DNA of 63,753 nucleotides, filler included, from Octopus bimaculoides (Eukaryota): assembly GCF_001194135.2 (NCBI RefSeq). It is 4 parts of 4 records of this genome, joined end to end, with 100 filler letters (N's around TTAATTAATTAA, not from the genome) between each part and the next. Parts side by side here need not be neighbours in the genome. Positions count along the whole stretch, not along the records: positions 60,161 to 63,753 come from NC_068994.1; 3 more parts are not named here. One strand, given 5' to 3'. The translations under genes and the position numbers were made by a program. The notes under the pieces were generated by a model. That model did not search any database. It was not told where the DNA came from and worked only from the letters and a program-made list of their open reading frames with translations. Below are positions 61,740 to 63,753 of this stretch, in pieces. How positions within the stretch are numbered: position 1 is the stretch's first letter; each line of letters opens with the position of its first letter.

Positions 61740-62260
61740 GAAGTGCCATATCCAATAATTGGCATAGCAGCATCGTTTTCAACTGCTACAAGAGAACCGC
61801 TAGAAAGAAGCAACTACAGAGGTATCAAACTGATGGATCAGATTATGAAAGTCACTAAAAGAGTATAGCAGTTCGGCTTTGTGTCAGGGATAAGTAATAT
61901 TCGATCCCCTCTTCTTAGTGAGACAACAGCAGAAAAAGTACTTAGCTAGGAGATAGTCACTCTATCTAACATTTGTTTGGCCTGTTTGACAAGGTTCCAC
62001 GCTCTGTAGCTCGATGATCACTAGGGTTACTAATCAGGTAAATCATACGTGATTGGCTTGCGAGAACTCTGCAAGCCAGGTACAGAAGTGCCGTCAGCAA
62101 CGTGAAAGCGATGAGTTCAGCAAATGTTTTAGTGTCCATCAGGGCTTTGTTCTCATCCGTCTCTTGATTAATGTATAACTTCAATCCATAGCCAAGAAGT
62201 TTTAAATCGGCTGCTTGTGGGAATTTCGGTGTTCTTATGATCCCCTTCTTATAGCTAAAC
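61740..62260 (+). mobile_element. RTE-clade RT fragment, degraded
   Basis: NYRGIKLMDQIMKVTKRV, QFGFVSG, QQQKKYLAR, LYLTFV..FDKVPRS, VHQGFVLIRLL. Confidence 0.7.
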
Positions 62261-62594
62261 CTGTAGTGAATTTAGTAAAGAAATTCCTGACATGGAAGCA
62301 AAAGCCTGGAATCAAGAGATGCCAAAGTAATCTCAGTAAAAACTAAAGTTTTAATTAGTAAGAAAGAAGGTAGGACTTAATCAGTAAGAAAGAAGGCAAC
62401 GAAATGACCATGCTCGATGTTCAGAAAATGAATGGGTAGAATTTCTTTATGGTGTGCCTAAAGTATCGCATGGGCGCACATATGGGGTAGCGAGGCAAAG
62501 GTAGGCTGAGAGAGAAGGCTGACGTCGTATGTATTAGATGCGTAGGAACACTCAGGAATAAGAGTACACGTGGAGGGCTCCCTAGATGTATACA

Positions 62595-62625
<31 letters not shown>

Positions 62626-62684
62626 GTACGTGTGTGTGTGTGTGTGTGTGTGTGTGTATTACATATTTTGTATAAATCTGTCTA

Positions 62685-63260
62685 GTGCTAAATGCAGACG
62701 CGATGCGCATGAATAGGTAATAATAACAATAAAACAATTGGCAAGTCACAAATCACTTGACAAATCACTGAAAGACAACATACGCAAAAAAGCAACAATA
62801 AACGCACGCGCAAACACACACACACACTTGTGTATGTATCTATGTATGTTAACAGTTTGTTACTTAAATCTACGTTACTTTAAAGTTTCACAAAAACATG
62901 ATCTGATTATTCAGGGTCCTTGGGCAACTTCCACTACAGATGATAGTCTCCAAAGCAACTACACCCGAGTTTCAGCCAATGACTTTCAAGAGAATGTCCA
63001 CACACTCTTAATACAAATACCTAACTACGACCCAAATTTTGAATACATTTCTTTTGTCTATCTTACTGTGTGTGTCGGTACACTGTGTGTATGTGGTGTG
63101 TGTGTGTGTGTGTGTGTGATTGCGCGCGCACTCGCGTATTCTTTTGTCGCTCTTGTGATATGTTATCTTTCTGTTCTGTCAAGTGATTTGTGACTTATCA
63201 ATGTCAATTGTTTTATTATTGTCATTATTATCTATTCATGCGAGTCGTGTCTACACATAG
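62685..63260. repeat. Imperfect long inverted repeat (arms ~62685-62826 and ~63100-63260): foldback/MITE-like
   Basis: gcatgaataggtaataat..caataaaacaattg..aagtcacaaatcacttgaca..gaaagacaacat versus atgttatctttc..tgtcaagtgatttgtgactt..caattgttttatt..attattatctattcatgc. Confidence 0.8.
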
Positions 63261-63753
63261 CACCAGATGACTTGGATCCTGTTGCTGTCGTTAACTGCCT
63301 TTTTTATACCTACCACACGGATGCATGTCCATATGCATACATATATATGTATGTATATATGTATACATGTGTATGCATATATGTATGTATATACGCACAT
63401 GGAATAGATTTCTTTGAGGTGAGGTGCCTGAACTCGCTAGCCGATGAATTCGTAAGTGCCTTTCTTATCGTTGATTTTTGGTGTCGCATGGCCAAAGATT
63501 ACCGTGAATTTCTTTTAGAGACACTTTCAAATTTATCAGAATATTGAGGCTGAAGATTGGAATAGTGAAATTTCCATTCACTTAACCATGAAACGATTCG
63601 TATCCAATTAACTAAAGACTTGGCTTGTTTACGCTTTTCCCTCCGGTTTTTTGTTCTATGTGTGCCATAAATATCGCCATCCACTTTGGAGAAAATTTGT
63701 AGTTTGGAATCAGTAGTTCTTTGACTGCTATTTCTAAATTTTCAGTATGTTGG

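Noticed and set aside
63400-63460. Possible small exon ending gaattc|gtaagt
   Set aside because: Good donor but weak acceptor, and the translation has no similarity to MTG or any family I recognise

Overview
AT-rich, microsatellite-laden eukaryotic genomic DNA from a gapped draft assembly. The SINE/LINE families and simple-repeat load suggest an octopus; this is an inference. The one clear protein-coding gene is a + strand MTG8/ETO (RUNX1T1/CBFA2T, Drosophila nervy) family co-repressor. Seven internal coding exons can be traced with canonical AG/GT sites and consistent phases: 2596-2813, 5903-5992, 8885-9066, 9609-9871, 11818-11888, 13340-13457 and 14595-14785, about 377 codons. They encode NHR1/TAFH, the NLS region, an R/E/D-rich insert, NHR2 and NHR3. 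The first exon(s) lie upstream of the window, and I could not find the NHR4/MYND exon in the called bases. The rest is mostly transposon debris: four tRNA-related SINE families, R4/Dong-type and RTE-type LINEs, a Penelope-like element, mariner/Tc1 remnants and a MITE. Three 100-bp spacers (N44-TTAATTAATTAA-N44) are artificial scaffold joins, so linkage across them is uncertain. The most interesting observations concern the gene's pre-mRNA architecture. A 133-bp intronic repeat occurs in inverted orientation right next to a donor and an acceptor, and each sense-strand unit carries AATAAA. Near-identical inverted SINEs flank the NHR2-NHR3 exons, and the NHR2-NHR3 linker exon appears to be missing. 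Also notable are a templated inverted duplication, stacked LINE 3' ends with conserved hairpins, a hammerhead remnant and a foldback element. I found no clearly novel multi-gene system. SINE family labels A-D are my own working names.
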